A DNA stretch of 64,000 nt from the human T2T-CHM13v2.0 reference genome, Homo sapiens, in NCBI RefSeq assembly GCF_009914755.1, contig NC_060929.1. One strand, given 5' to 3'. Positions 15,687-31,311 of this stretch are shown here, piece after piece. Both the position numbers and the translations under genes were made by a program. Position 1 is the stretch's first letter; each line of letters opens with the position of its first letter. The notes under the pieces are model-generated. The model was not told where the DNA came from, did no database searches, and worked only from the letters and a program-made list of their open reading frames with translations.

Positions 15687-17569
15687 GTGGCCATGCATAT
15701 TTTTACAGTGAGAACACAGGCAGGGGAAAGGCTCTGTGTCCCTGTGGGTGGCCTTGTATATTTACCTTGCTCTTTTCTCACTATGGCCGTAAAATCAGGC
15801 AAAGGGACTTTTTAGATTAGAGAGGCCTAAATTTGTCCTGACTCCAAAAAGCATTTCCTTTCTCAGAAGTACACTGTTTTTTCCTTAAAAAGCAACCCCA
15901 ATGTATGTTGCTTAGTGCATCCCCAAAGTTACCCCCAGATAATCCCCATTATCATCAGTTAGTGGCTAATTTCAGTTATCCCTACTTGGCCCCTTCCTGA
16001 GGCTGGTTTATGGATGGTTATCCTGCCACTTGGGCTTTTCACCCTATAAACCAAGGATCTTCCACTTCCCTTAACTAGCAGGGTACAAGCAGTGTACACG
16101 GAGCCAAGGAGAAAATCCTCTTCTAATAAAATCTGACAAAACTTTGGAAGCTGCATATGTGTTTGCCCAAGTGTTTGCATGTGCACATGTGTGTGCCTAA
16201 GTCTCAGACATTTTCCAAGAATCGTGGCTCACAAGGCAACACCTCTTATCTAACAACTATATTCTCCCCAAAATGATTTAAAGTGCCATGAAGATTTCTT
16301 TACATTGAGCAAGTTCATTGTGGCTCACCCGCAATTACAAGGTGAAACAGTGCTTTGTTTTACTTTGGGCTGGAAAGAGGAAAGAGAAAAAGCTTACCAA
16401 TTCAGGAGACAGACAAATTGCTTTTTCTAAACAAAGATTCACTGCACTTATAAATGTGTATCTCCCATAATTTTAAAAAAATCGTTTATATATGGGATGA
16501 ACCTTATAAACAACAGAATAGTCAAGGCTATGGTTTTGTCCAATTTAAGGACTGGACTTGACAAGACCACCAATTGTTCTGTTGTGTTTTGGAAACTCGA
16601 TCCAAGTTTACATTTCCAGCCAATGTTTCACTCCTTATGTTTATGACAGCACAAAAGAGCAGGCTCTGGGAATTTCTTGAGGGGAAGTCATGGCAGTCAG
16701 CACTGTCACTGAGAGGGAGAACGAGGGAGGAACATATGTGGAAGGGCAAGCAGGAGAATGGATGATCCCTTTTGGGTTAACATTTAAATCCCAAATTGAA
16801 TTCCCCTACATGTCAAAAATGAAAATATTTTCAGTGTTTGCACATACATAGGAATTGCCAAATGGGATTTAAGTCTGAGAAAGCACCATAACATCAACCA
16901 TTTGTACAGCTGTTGTTGGAAATGGCTCCAAACCATCAAGGCATGTCTAACAAGTATAAATATTGGCCCTCTGCGCTTCTAAGCTTTGTTAAGGTGTATC
17001 CCTAAAGACAGGGAGCTAACAAGTACCTCAGTAAACACGTAGAGTATTGGAATATTAACTCCGCTACTCATGGGGGTTGTCACTCCACAATCTTGGTATT
17101 ATCTAGGCATAATACAGCCCTTTTATGGAAACTAGACAGTATCTTTTGGTACACTCAAGAAGCTTGGCTGTGCATTAGTATATGTGAAACTCTTTTAAAT
17201 ACATATGTGTTGTTTCCAGTAGAGTGGGGAGGAAAAGCCAGTGTTAAAAAACAATAAATTTCTTGGATTCTTTGCTCCGCCAGTAGCTTCCATGTTCTCT
17301 CTCTCAGCATAGAGAGCTCTTCCAGAGTCCAGACACCTGACTGGGTCTCCTGTGTCTGACATCATAACAGAACCAAAAGTTCAGAATATCCTTGAACACT
17401 TTTCCTCAAAAATCCCCTGATGGACAATCTGAGACAGCAAATTAAATTAAAGGAGATAAGTGCTTTTATAGTAACTAATTCATATTGCACTATCATCCAG
17501 GAAATTGTCAATAAGAATCAATTTTGCCCTCCAAATTCTGATGAACTGATTGTTATGATCCCTTTGTAA

Positions 17570-17884
<315 letters not shown>

Positions 17885-18146
17885 TAAACACCACCTCAAA
17901 TGCTAGTACAAATGCCTTCCAGAAGCCACCGAGCTTTTTCCCCTTTGATTTAATTTTTGTAAAGTGATTTTTTAAACCATGTGAGTACTTCAGTAGACCA
18001 TTTGGTCAGGTTTAGAAAAAAATCTAACAAGGAAATGAGGTCTAAGACCAATAACCTTCTGCACTTCTCTTTCACGGCCCACTCTGCCACTCTTGCATAT
18101 TTCCCTCTACTTTACAAAAAAATGGCAAAATTGGTCTTTTGCCTTC

Positions 18147-18333
18147 GATCAAGAGTTTATTAACTAAATCCTGATAATAAATTTGGTGAAAACATTTTGG
18201 ATAAATTGAAATTACTTGAATAGTGATATATTTAAAGAGATAATCTAGACAATTAGAAGAACCAAAAAAAATCTTCAAAAATCTATTATCTGTGCAGAGA
18301 GATTTCTAGCTTAAGTAGAGCTGTATTATCCTT
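18147..18333 (+). repeat. Local duplication A, copy 1 (partner 20221-20394)
   Basis: Shares GATCAAGAGTTTATTAACTAA...AATTACTTGAATAGTGATATATTTAAA...AAATCTATTATCTGT...TCTAGCTTAA...TATTATCCTT with 20221-20394. Confidence 0.85.
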
Positions 18334-18935
18334 GGCACTGCCAGTACTGCGGTTCCCCTAAGAGTTTGCTTTTTCTGTGTCCCTGTAGAAATATCTGGGC
18401 CTTGGTCTCTCCACATCATAAATAGTCAAGGAAGCAGACAAACAAGCAGAAAAAAGTGGGGCGGGGGGAAAGAAGGAACATTCACAACCTCTCAGAGACA
18501 AGGAATGGTATAATCCACTAGGAAGGAAACTGGTATGTGGCCAGATCTTACCAATGCCTGGCCACAAGTTAATGAAAACACTCCTCTCTGGGCTTCAGTG
18601 GTTAAAGATTCACAGGCTGAGAGATCATTCTCCTCAGAAGTGATTACCCATTCTTCTGATACACCCCCAAACATCCCTACCTGGGATTAAGATTCCTTGC
18701 TGTGTGACTTACCGGAGTGCTCGAACATGACTTCTGAGTATCTTCCTCATTGAAAGGCAGAAGCTCATGTTTCTTGGAAAATCACTAAGCGGCAGAGATT
18801 TTCCTATTGAACCAAAGTGGGAGAATGCAAGAGGAACTGTAGTGTCTCTAGAGTTAAAGCAGCAGAAGCTACTTGTGACTAGAATCAGTGAAACCTGCAT
18901 CAAATGTATGCCAGTGATGTTTGGATGGCCTAAAT

Positions 18936-19110
18936 CAGCAGTTCACCAACTCTCTGCCATATTAGAATACCCAAGAGCTTTGAAAACCTCCAATGCTTGT
19001 GATGTACCCCATATCAATTAAATCATGGTCTCTAGGGATAGGATCCAGGTATCAGTGTTGTTCTGAAACTCCCTCAGGTGATTTCAACATGCAGCCAAGT
19101 GTGAGAATAG
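18936..19110. mobile_element. MER5-like hAT-Charlie relic
   Basis: ATTAGAATACCCAAGAGCTTTGAAAA...CTCCCTCAGGTGATTTCAACATGCAGCCAAG motifs. Confidence 0.55.
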
Positions 19111-19469
19111 GTGCATTTGTAAATGACTGCAGGCATATGGCACTGTGCATTGAACATTTCTGTCTCCAGAGTCCATTTATTCTTTTCTTCCACAGACATA
19201 TGATCATTCAACAGCTATTCCCAACTAAAAACCAGGACTAACACTTGTAAGATACAAACAATACACAAACAAAAAAAACCAGGTGCTATAACCCAGGCTG
19301 ACTTAAAAAGTGAGATGGGAGGAGGTGGACCATTCCTAACCGGAGGGAGATTTCTGATAGTCCTGACTTTAGAATGAAAGAAAAAGTTCTTGGGCCTATC
19401 AGACTTCATTCTCTCATTTCAAATGAAGAGCAGAACATTAACAGAGCTCAACTTTGGTATCCTGTAAGG

Positions 19470-20116
19470 CAGAGGTCCCCTAGCCCCTGGGCCACAGACC
19501 ACTACCGGTCTGTGGCCAGTTAGGAACTGGGCCACACAGCAGGAGGTGAGCAGCTGGTGAGCGAGCATTACCACCTGAGCTCCACCACCTGTCAGATCAG
19601 CAGGGGCATTTGATTCTTTTTGTTTTTTTGTTTTTTTTAAGACAGAGTTTTGCTCTTGTTGCCCAGGCTGGATCGCAGCACAATCTGCTCACTGCAACCT
19701 CCGCCTCCCGGGTTCAAGCGATTCTCCTGCCTCAGCATCCCAAGTAGCTGGGATTACAGGCATGACGCCCAGCTAATTTTGTATTTTTAGTACAGACGGG
19801 GTTTCTCCATGTTGGTCAGGCTGCTCTTGAACTCTCGACCTCAGGTGATCCACCCACCTCAGCCTCCCAAAGTACTGGGATTACAGGTGTGAGTCACCGT
19901 GTCCGGCTGGCTTTCGATTCTTACAGGAGTGCAAGCCCTATTGTGAACTGCGCATGCAACGGACCTAGGTTGCACGCCCTTTATGAGACTCTAATTCCTG
20001 ATGATCTGAGATGGAAAAGTTTCATCCTGAAACCATCCTCTGCCCCTCCCTGCATGTGTGAAAAAATGGTCTTCCATGGAACTAGTCTCTGGTGCCGAAA
20101 AGGCTGGGGACCGCTG
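19470..20116 (+). mobile_element. MER1B (hAT-Charlie MITE) interrupted by an Alu
   Basis: TIRs CAGAGGTCCCC...GGGGACCGCTG, degenerate 8-bp TSD CTGTAAGG/TTCTAAGG, characteristic internal sequence. Confidence 0.85.
19617..19908 (-). mobile_element. AluS (Sp/Sq-like) nested in MER1B
   Basis: Dimeric Alu with degenerate TSD GGCATTTGATTCTT/GGCTTTCGATTCTT. Confidence 0.88.
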
Positions 20117-20220
20117 TTCTAAGGCTCATCTGAAAATGAAGATCTACGTGATTGAAGTCTTGAGATTAGCCCTACCTTTTAACATGTAAACTCAAAACGC
20201 CATAAACAAATTCAGGAGGA

Positions 20221-20394
20221 GATCAAGAGTTTATTAACTAATTTCTGATCATAAATGTGGTGATATTTAGGATAAAATAAAATTACTTGAATAGTGATAT
20301 ATTTAAAAAGATAATCTAGATAATTAGAAAAAAAACTTGAAAATCTATTATCTGTTCAGAGAGAGTCTAGCTTAATGATGGCCATATTATCCTT
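20221..20394 (+). repeat. Local duplication A, copy 2
   Basis: Gapped alignment by eye to 18147-18333. Confidence 0.85.
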
Positions 20395-20809
20395 AGTGTT
20401 TTCTCTGCATAATTTATCTTTTTTGTGGTATTGTTGGTGCCATAACCTATTACCATTTAGATACTCAGGGTGAGAAATACTGAGATGGAGTACTTTTAAA
20501 AGGCCTCCAGTGAAACCATTTAATTCATCACTTGCTAATTCTACTGTAGGCACTCAGATATGTCAGGAGAGTAGAATGTTTAAATATCTTCAAGTTCTTG
20601 CTCAAGTCAGAGATGTACCAGTTACTTTTACTACAAGCCTAACCTAGGGACAGTCAGGTTTTCAATGATTTTATATCCCATCCTCTCCTTAAATTCTGCT
20701 CTGCATGGATCAGAATAGTTTCTGTGTCTATTAGTTCACTGCCCTTACCATTTAAAATGTTAGAAAGAAATGAAATCCCCAATGTAATTTTCTACATTTT
20801 AGAATCCAT

Positions 20810-21080
20810 CCACTCAACAAACATTTATTAAAGTACATATTTATGTAAACTAGACTCTGTAATAGGAACTGGAGACACATCAGGAAACAAAAGAAAGATG
20901 ATGTCCTTTGAGCTTACAGTCTAGTAGAGGGAGACACAATCAGCAAATATAAATGAGTATATTATATGTCAGATGGTGGTAAGTACCGCCAGGATAAAGT
21001 ATCATAAATGAGTGAGAGGATTATTATTTTAAAGAGGTTATTCTGGAAGGCTTCCCTCTGGAGGTGACCTCTGAGCCCAG
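20810..21080. mobile_element. L2 remnant
   Basis: CACTCAACAAACATTTATTAA...GAGCTTACAGTCTAGTAGAGGGAGACA...GAGGTGACCTCTGAGC L2 3'-end motifs. Confidence 0.6.
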
Positions 21081-22202
21081 TTTAGATCCCAGCAGGAACA
21101 GATGGCACATTCAAAGGAGAAATTGACGAGAACTGAATAAAGGTGCTATTTACACAGGTATAGACAGTACCCACGGACTAGCTACAGTAGGAAGCTGTTA
21201 CCACACACAGTCCTGAAGGGGCAGAGGGAGAGAGTGGCGGTGTTGGAACTTAGCAAGAGCTGTAGCCAAGAGGAAAAGTCTGCTTGACTGCAGTGGGGCC
21301 AGAAGTAAAGGAACTCAGCCACTGCCCAAAGCACCAGGCAGGAGGGAACAGCCCCAGGTTGCAAGGGAGATCAGTGCTCCCTGCCTCCTCCTGCTCACCA
21401 GCCTCCTGCCAGTGCTCCTGGGAGCCACAGCACTAGGGAGCCAGGAGAAGCAGTTCATGGAGGTCAGCCTCCTGCAGCACAAAGCGCAGAGCACAGAGAA
21501 AGCCTGGGGGACAGGGGAACAAACGGAGTGAGCCCTCCCATATCTTGAAGACAACACTCCAACCAGAGGGTAGGTCCTGAGGGAAGTGTGCATGGCACAT
21601 TCTAGGAACAGCAAGGGGGTCCCTGTGAGCAAGAGGAAGGCATGTAGAAAGCCAGGTGGTTGACACACGGTAGGGGCAGATGATGTGGAACCATGCATGT
21701 TCTACAAAGACTGTGGCTCTTATGCTAAGAGGTGAGTTGAAGATGTTGCTGGAGAGTTTTGAGCAGAGGCGGGACATGCAGCTGTGTGGAAGACAGATCC
21801 TCAGGGGTCTACAACGGCAATGGCTGCAGGAGCTCAGAAGTCACAGCGGAAGGTCAGATGGGAGACTGGTAGTTTGAAATAAGGTGGTAGCAGCAGAGGT
21901 TATGAGCAGGGTTGATGAAATTGATTCCACTGTGCTTTGGGTTCGCAGCTTACTTATTACATCTGAAAACGTATTATATCATATCCTCATTCATTTTAAA
22001 GACATTGATTAAGCAACTACTATGTGCAAGGCAGGAATTCAGACAGTTCCTCAGCTCAAGCGAAGGAGAAAGGGAATGCAGTGTGCCTGACCCTTCATTA
22101 AGTATTTCACCTGGGCCCATTTGTTTTCTGTTTCATTTTTATAACAATGCTGTGAGGTGGAAACTATTTTCCTCATTTTACAGATTAAGAGATCAAGGCT
22201 TA

Positions 22203-22509
<307 letters not shown>

Positions 22510-23372
22510 TTAGAGAGTTAAATATGTACAAGGCCTCTCAGCTGGGGAGAGGCAGGACAGGGTGGAAATCAGTCTGACCCCAATCAGTCTCTCCCACTAA
22601 CCATCATGCCCCCACTAATATGGGATGTAAGACACGGACAGATACTGTTTATTCTATAACAATTGGCAAACTCTTTCAATGCCTCTTTCAAAGGATGCTA
22701 TGAAATTATGAAACAAGAAATGGCCAGAGTTAATTTGTATTCATTTTAATAATCAGATATAAGCATAATACTTAGGGATGTTATAAATCAATTCTGAGTT
22801 TATGCACAGAAAATTAGTGCCACTGGGGCCAATGAACGTATCACCTGAATAATTTATGTTAATAATTGCATACATGGAAGAAATGACCATAGTAAGCATA
22901 GTACCTATTGAATTTCAGTTAACTTACTGCATAAAAGCATGATCTGAATGTACTTTTTTTTTTAATTTTGAATATGCCTTTGTCTACAAGGTCCAATTAA
23001 AAAATAATGGCATTGGGTATTCTTTTTAATGTTTCAAATGCAACTTCAAGCCAAAATTAGTCACCTGGTTGAAACGGAGTTATCCAATTGTGATCAAAAT
23101 AATTTAGGTCAAATATTTCATATTAGAACTTATATTTGAAGACATAATGCTATAGGATGAATTAAATCATTTCTCTCTGTTTTACCTTGTATTGAAGAGA
23201 CAAACTCAGGTTCAATGCATACGCCTGGTAAACACCCATATGGAGGCATGATCAAACTCCAATCCAGGCAGAAGTCCAGTCCATCAGGTAGGGCTATAGA
23301 GAAAACATGTCAACATTTGGAAAAGCTAGGTGCTTAGCCCCAGGCTGGCAGCCTTCATAGAATATTAGTCCC

Positions 23373-23666
23373 AGCCAGGCGCGGTGGCTTACGCCTGTAA
23401 TCCCAACACTTTGGGAGGCCAAGGCGGGCGGTCGGGAGTTCAAGACCAGCCTGACCAACAGAGAAACCCCATTTCTACTAAAAGTACAAAATTAGCCAGG
23501 CATGGTGGCACACCTGTTGTCCCAGCTACTCACTTGCTCCTCGCTTGAACTCAGGAGGCAGAGATTGCGGTGAGCCGAGATCGCACCATTGCGCTCCAGC
23601 CTGGGCAACAAGAGTAAAACTCTGTCTCAAAAACAAAACAAACAAAACAAACAAACAAACAAAAAA
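23373..23666 (+). mobile_element. AluS with internal deletions and (CAAA)n tail
   Basis: Alu body; TSD AGAATATTAGTCCC/AGAATATCAGTCCC. Confidence 0.88.
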
Positions 23667-24483
23667 GAATATCAGTCCCAGTAACAGAAGGGTCAAATGG
23701 ACTTCTGGAATATGTAGCTGGTTATTGCAACACACAGCTAGCTTATAATGTTCTAATAACAAAAATCAAAGCTGATAACATTTTTATTTCAGGGCATATT
23801 GAAATATGAGACTTATCTAACCAAATCCTGATGGAAGCACAAACAGTAAATTTCAGTGATAGATATCATGCAGGTATAAGAACTATGGAGAAGTTACTGA
23901 TTGATAGCAGTGACATATCACCTTTACATATGAAATTGTATTTTCTATTGCGTTTTCTGTTTAGGGTTTAGATGAGGTTTTACTGATGTCTATGGGAGTT
24001 ACCTAAAAGATTCCTTCTAAGGAGAATATTCTGCCACATTTTTAGTAGGTATGTATGGAATATGTCAAATTTTGACACAATATTTATGAGGTAGAGTTTT
24101 ACTGTTATTAAGCCTCAAAAAAAGGTCAATTCATAGAAGAAAATATCTGGAGTTGGCCCAAAAACTACACCCAACTCAATTCTAGCTGTGCCATCAGGCC
24201 TAGAGAGAAATTTAAATCTTTTTTTAAGGTTTTTTTTTCTTAGAATTGGACAGAGTGAATGCTAATTTTTTAAAAGGTGATAGCAAGTTGCTTCACAGAA
24301 GAAAAAATAAGCCTTCCAAACAGTTTAATGGTTTTAAGAATTTGGGTTTCATTGTGTGATGTTTCAGGTATTGACTCATTAATGTCTATAAAACAAATTA
24401 CCAAATGAAAGTGTTTCAAAAATAGTTCAAAACTGTCAATATTCTAAAATACCTTTGTCCTATCTATTCTACTCGTTAATCTA

Positions 24484-24554
24484 TTAGGTTGGCACAAAAG
24501 TAATTGTGGTTTTTGCTGTTAAAAGTAGTGGCAAAAACCTCAATTACCTACCTA
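24484..24554. mobile_element. MADE1 (Hsmar1 mariner MITE), right TIR partly deleted
   Basis: TA-TTAGGTTGGCACAAAAGTAATTGTGGTTTTTGC...GCAAAAACCTCAATTAC palindrome. Confidence 0.85.
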
Positions 24555-24978
24555 TGTTTGGAAAGATATATATCAAAAAGTTAAAATGATTACCGATGAG
24601 TGAGGGGGATTATAGATAATCATTTTTCCTCTTTTTGATATTATTTCCTGAATTTTTAGCATTGTGCATGTATTATTTCTAAAATTGGCATTCTATAAAG
24701 CTATTTAAACTTTTTTTAATCTAGTTAATTTTGAAGGCAAGGAAACCAAGTATCATGCTTAGCACATGGAACAGGGCATAATTGGCACTCTCATAGAAAG
24801 CCTTAAAAGTCCTTTAAAGTTTTCCAGAGAAGAATATGAGATTAAAATATCATAAGTAAAGAAGGTGCTATAAGCTAGATATATTGCACTTAGTGAATAT
24901 TTCATTTGCAAACATTACAACGTGAACATCTCCAATTATTTAAACTCTGTTGCCTTACAAATGATCACCCATTTTTGA

Positions 24979-25309
<331 letters not shown>

Positions 25310-25385
25310 CCTTTTTCATACTTTTAAACCCAAGGCCAGCTGTAAAATTAGGATTTAAGACATGAGCTCAGAGTCAGCTGAATGA

Positions 25386-25644
<259 letters not shown>

Positions 25645-26218
25645 GTCTACTTTTGACCTTAGATGTTTAGGTCGGAAATGTCAGAGGTTAGGTAGAGAGG
25701 CATGGATACTAAAATTGTTGATCTGTCATCTATTCCTCATTTCTGAAACCTAATGCAAATGAATAAGCCATCAGAATGTTGAAAAAAGCCTCTAAAACGA
25801 CCTATCTCATAGTTCCAGCTAGGGTGTGGGAGAATCTCACCGGGTGTGAAGATAATGGTCTTTAAGCCAATCTGTATATTGTGGCTCTGGCGGACCAACA
25901 GTGGCATGTGCCACCAGTTCTCCAGCTGGAAAGCCCAGATCACAGGCCTAGGAGAATAACTCCTGCCAGTTCCTCCTTCCTCTGCCCCTTTGAAATGGAG
26001 ATTATCTGGGGATGGGTTACTCAGGCATCTGTTGTTATTGACAAGCATCAGAAAACCAGCAGTCCTATCCCAGGGCTACTATTTCCATTTCTGTGTATGC
26101 CTTAATAACTCAATCTGAACATGAGAAGAAAAAAAAAAAACCCAGATTTGCCCAACTTAAGGCATTAAGTCTGAAGAAAGGTAACTATTTAAAGGTGTTT
26201 TACAATACGTAATAGGAT

Positions 26219-26500
26219 GGCCTGGCATGGTGGGCCTTGCCTGTAATCCCGGCATTTTGGGAGGCTGAGGTGGGCAGATCACTTGAGGCCAGGAGTTCGA
26301 GATCAGTTTGGCCAACATGGCAAAACCCCATCTCTACTAAAAATATAAAAATTAGCAAGGCGTGGTGGCATGTGCCTGTAATCCCAGCTGCTCTGGAGGG
26401 TGAGGCACAAGAATCGCTTGAACCTGGAAGCAGAGGTTGCAGTGAACTGAGATTGTGCCACTGCACTCCAGCCTGGGTGATGGAGTGAGACTCTATCTCT
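26219..26500 (+). mobile_element. AluS; tail replaced by (CT)/(AT) microsatellite
   Basis: Dimeric Alu followed by CTCTATCTCTCTCTATATATACGTATATAT. Confidence 0.88.
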
Positions 26501-28444
26501 CTCTATATATACGTATATATTTTTTTTTCATAAACATAGTTTTTCCTAATTCAACAAAATTTTGAAGGGTCTTCTAAATTTAACAAATATTTATCCAGTC
26601 TTCTATGCAATCACTCACCTTGATGCTGCAAGAGATAGAAAGAAAGATTTTAAGGAACTAAATCTAACGCCTTTGTTCGTCTTACTCATTTATTCAACAA
26701 ATACTTATTGTATTTTCCTCTTAAGTGTGAGGCACTTCTGTAGATGTTGGAAAATAGTTTTGAACAGGATCATCAGGGCATGCATGATCATGGAGTTTAC
26801 AGTCTGGTAGTAGGCTGAGGAACAAATATCTTAATTAACATAGAACATGCTGTAATAGTTTAAGTGAGGTGTACATCAGATGTTGAAGATCCCAGGAAAT
26901 ACTTTATGAAGAAGATACCAATTGAGTCAGATGTGAAAAGATTTTAAAGTAAAAACATAAATTCCCAAGGATGAGAAGGAAGAGGGGACAACATGAGTAG
27001 TGTCTGAAGGGTGGGAGAGTTTAGGCTATGCTCCCGGAAATAGGGAATAGTCTAGTTTTTCTAGAAGTCAGAAAGGTATAGGAGAAGAGGATGAAAAATT
27101 GTGTTGAAGCCCCAGCCAGGCCTGCCTTATGTGGATAGGCAAGAACTTTGTTTGGAATTCAGCAGGCAATGCAAGATGTTGCGTAAGGGATCAGTGGATG
27201 GATAGCAGCTGTGTTTTTAAAAAATTAATCCAATGGGAATGGACTAGAGTTGGAAAAGAGTAGAAGGTGTGAAACCCATTGGGAGGCCATCACTATCAAT
27301 ATATTTCATAATGTCACTGTGACTCCTACAAATAATGAGACACATTGCAAAGCCAGCATGCAAATGCGATAGACTTAGTGATGTATATAGCCAGAGTTTC
27401 CCATTCACTTCCACCTCCTCCTCAATACAAATCCCATGTTTTCCAAACTCATGACTATGAAGATCTGTCTTCAGCCTTGTTTAGTATAGCTATTGCATCC
27501 AAAGTAAGAGAAACCAGGATTTCACCTACAGGCAGAGTGAAGATACTCAGAAAGTAAACTCAGCCCCAGCCAGGGACTTCATGAGCTGGAACATTTGTTC
27601 AGCCAGCAACTATCCATCAGCTACTCATTTCTGGTGGGACGAAAATGTCTGAGCCTCCTTCTCCCCAGCCACGTTCAAAATTCTGTTAATTTACTTGAAA
27701 ACATGACGAAAAGGCCTAAGCAATGGTCACCAAAAACCTGGTAGTGATATATAGGGGTAGTGCAATGTCAGCCAACCACGAGACTGATTGATAGACACAT
27801 AACATTTATGTGTGTGAGAGAGAAAAAGGGAGAAAGCAGAAGGGATATCCTGCCTATCAGTCAGCATTAAAAGAGAGAAATGAAGAGATTGTCTTGAGCA
27901 CTCATCATTCTCAAAGGAGATTTGTGCATTGATTCCAACAAAATTGTCCTTAGGCATAGAAATGTGAAAAGTGCTTTTATGGTAAAATTTAGATTTTAGC
28001 CTCAAGCTAAAAAGATGTGTCGCAGGATACAGTTCTTCACCTGAAATAGTTCCCATAGACACGAGGAGAAAACTCAATGTATTCTCGGCTCAGCTAATCC
28101 ATTATGCCCATAGAAAAACGGCAGCTCAGAGCTGTGTTATGAACCCATTCAATACCACATGCGTTTGCAGCGCCATTTCCTCAGTTTCTGTTGCCTTTCA
28201 TCTGGGATGTCACTTCATTGCTCCTGCTCAGCCTTTGCCAAGTATTTATTTTTTGGCCAGCAAATTACAAGGATTTTTTTTTTCCTCCTTTTTGAAAGGA
28301 CTGAATAAGTCACAGAGCTTTCAAAACCAAGATTATGTGTATATAATATAAATGTGTGTGAGATATGTATACACACATTCTATCAATCATTATATATATA
28401 TTTATACACACATTCTATCAATCATTACAAAATATATATATATA

Positions 28445-28733
<289 letters not shown>

Positions 28734-30499
28734 AATCATTACAATATTTTTAACTCTTAACTTTAATTCTGAAACAGTGTAATGATTCAAGTGTTCTGCT
28801 GATTGAAATGATAGCATGTGATAACATTTCTATGAAAAAGGAGTTATCATTGAGATAAGCGGATTTGAAAAGCAAAGTTTTACAAGATTTTTTTATAAGC
28901 TTTGGTCTGAATGACTTAAGAAAATCAAGAAACCAAACCAAACCAAAAAACCCTAGTTTTGCCCCAGCAGTGCTTAAGACCTGGAGAACAACCATATCAA
29001 TGCCTTAGAGAAGCTCAGAAGGGTGATGTCATGCAGTCTCCCCAGTCAGGAACTATTCAGAGGCCTGAAAGGGAAATCTGAAACAAAAAGACCCATAATC
29101 TAAATCATTAATGAGAAGAAAAAATTTCAGGAGCCCATAAAGACCTTCCTGCAAATAACTGAGAAGGGAAAGAGCTTTCAACAGACTTATTATAAGAATG
29201 TTGGTGGTAATGACCAAAGATATGAAACTCATCTTTAATGCTTTTTAAAGATACACACCTAAGAAAATGTCGCCAAGTATTTCCTCAGGGTCTTTGATGC
29301 AGAAATTTGTCCCTGGTACTGAGAATTAGTATCAAGATTAACTGGCCTTTGGAATATCTGTTGGGGAAGTCTACCTGGTAACCACACTATGATCCAACTC
29401 AGGTTCTCAGCTTGGTCAGCTCAATTTTTTTTTTTTCTTCCAGCATATAGGGAATGGTCCTACTTGGGACAGCCTTCTGTTGTCTAAGCTCACAAGAATA
29501 TAATCAATTTATTTTTTACACGAAGAAATAAATGATTAATAGTACTGTACAAACACTGGATCCAGAAATATCCTCATCTTAAACCTGAGGTTACAGGACA
29601 GCATCTCTAAAAACAAAAGTCCATTATTAGGGTAAGAAAAAGGAAGTCATCCTCACCACATTCCTCAATACTAAGTGTAATCTTTTCTCACACGATGGCC
29701 TTCCACCACCCTAGTAACATCAATCTATACCAAAGAACTGCAAAGAAAGAAGAAAAACCTACTTTTCTTGGTGTTGGGGTCTGTAGGGATCTGTTCGTGG
29801 TGCCACTAGCCAAGCCAGCCATGGTAAGAGACAGAATGACAGGTGATGGCATTAAACAACAGAATCACTTCCTTTGCATAGATTTTTCTTTTTTACTTTC
29901 TCAATGAAATTCTTTATAATTCCCAGCAAACGTATTATTTTGGATTCCTTTAGAAGTCAAGGCAGCATATAAAAACAAATCAAAGGTATAAACTTTAGAA
30001 CCTTATGAGCAAACATCATAGTACATCATAAATGTCTCCAAATAACAAATAAATCAATAAAACTAAAAATGATGATTATAAGAATTGAAGTAGTATGGAC
30101 TGTCTGAAATGTAAACGGTTTGGTTCAAGGACAAAGAAAATCATTGCTACTCCAACTTCTGCTAATATTTAGAAGAGCATGTGCCCCTTGGCCTAATTTT
30201 CAGGCTTCCAGTTTTCTTTAGAACAAGTTTACTTTACAATCTGAAGAAAAGCTAAACAGATAACTCATAAAAAGTGCTTCATTGAAATTAAGAATCTTTA
30301 GAGCACTCTGGACTCTTGATGAAACCTAAATTCTTCAAAAGTATCAAGTAGGAACCTGCTTAACTTCAAAAACACATGTGGAAAAATTAGAAAAATCAGA
30401 AGTAGATTCTTCAGTGGCCACTCTAAAAATGCATTCTTCAGTGGCTACCCCAATTTCTAAAAGCTATTAATGTATACTCCACCACTACAGTTCACTGAA

Positions 30500-30866
30500 T
30501 GTCTTATTCTGTTCAGGATGCTGTAACAAAAATACCACAGACTAGATGGCTTATAAACAACAGAAATGTATTTCTCACAGCTGGAGGCTGAGGGGTCCAA
30601 AATCAAGCCTCTGCAGATTGGTGCCTGGTGGGGGCCTGCTTTTTGATTCATGGATGACTGTCTTCTGACTGTGTCTTCACGTGGTAGAAGAAGGGCAAGA
30701 GAGCTCTCTAAGGTCCCTTTCATAAAAGCACTAATTCCATTCATGAAGGTTCTGCCCACATGACCTAATCACGTCCCAAAGACCCCACTTGCAAATATCA
30801 GCACATCAGGAATCAGGTTTCAACACATGAATTTTGCAAGGATATAAACACATTCAGTCTATTGCA
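30500..30866 (-). mobile_element. MLT1A/B-like MaLR LTR
   Basis: TGTCTTATTCTGTTCAGGATGCTGTAACAAAATACCACAGACT...ACATTCAGTCTATTGCA. Confidence 0.75.
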
Positions 30867-31263
30867 CTAAATAATGAATGCTGGGAGGACCAAAAGTTCC
30901 TTCCCTTGTTATCATGTTTTTAAATTAATAATCCATAATTTACTTCCCTACAAGATTCTAAGTGACCCACAAGACATTAGAACAAACAAAAATGGGATGA
31001 AGCTAAAGTTAGATCTTACTGCTAAATTTTTCACAAAGTATTGCCCTTCTGAGTAGGACGAAGACCTGGATAATTTCTCTCACTTCAAAAAGATTTTTGA
31101 TTCATACATAGCACAGTGCACTAAATACTCATTCATGAGTGTTAATACTTGGTTTTTCATTCTTGAAGAGTTTTAATCTGGATATGATTGCCGTGTCTTG
31201 CTGTATGTTGTATAGGTTTATTTTTCAGGTAAATACCAATTTCAGAATGCAAGGACCTAGGAA

Positions 31264-31311
31264 ATTTAACTGCATCCTTCAACATTTAACTGCATCCTTC
31301 AACATTTAACT
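31264..31311. repeat. Exact 20-bp tandem repeat (2.4 copies)
   Basis: ATTTAACTGCATCCTTCAAC x2 plus ATTTAACT. Confidence 0.95.
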
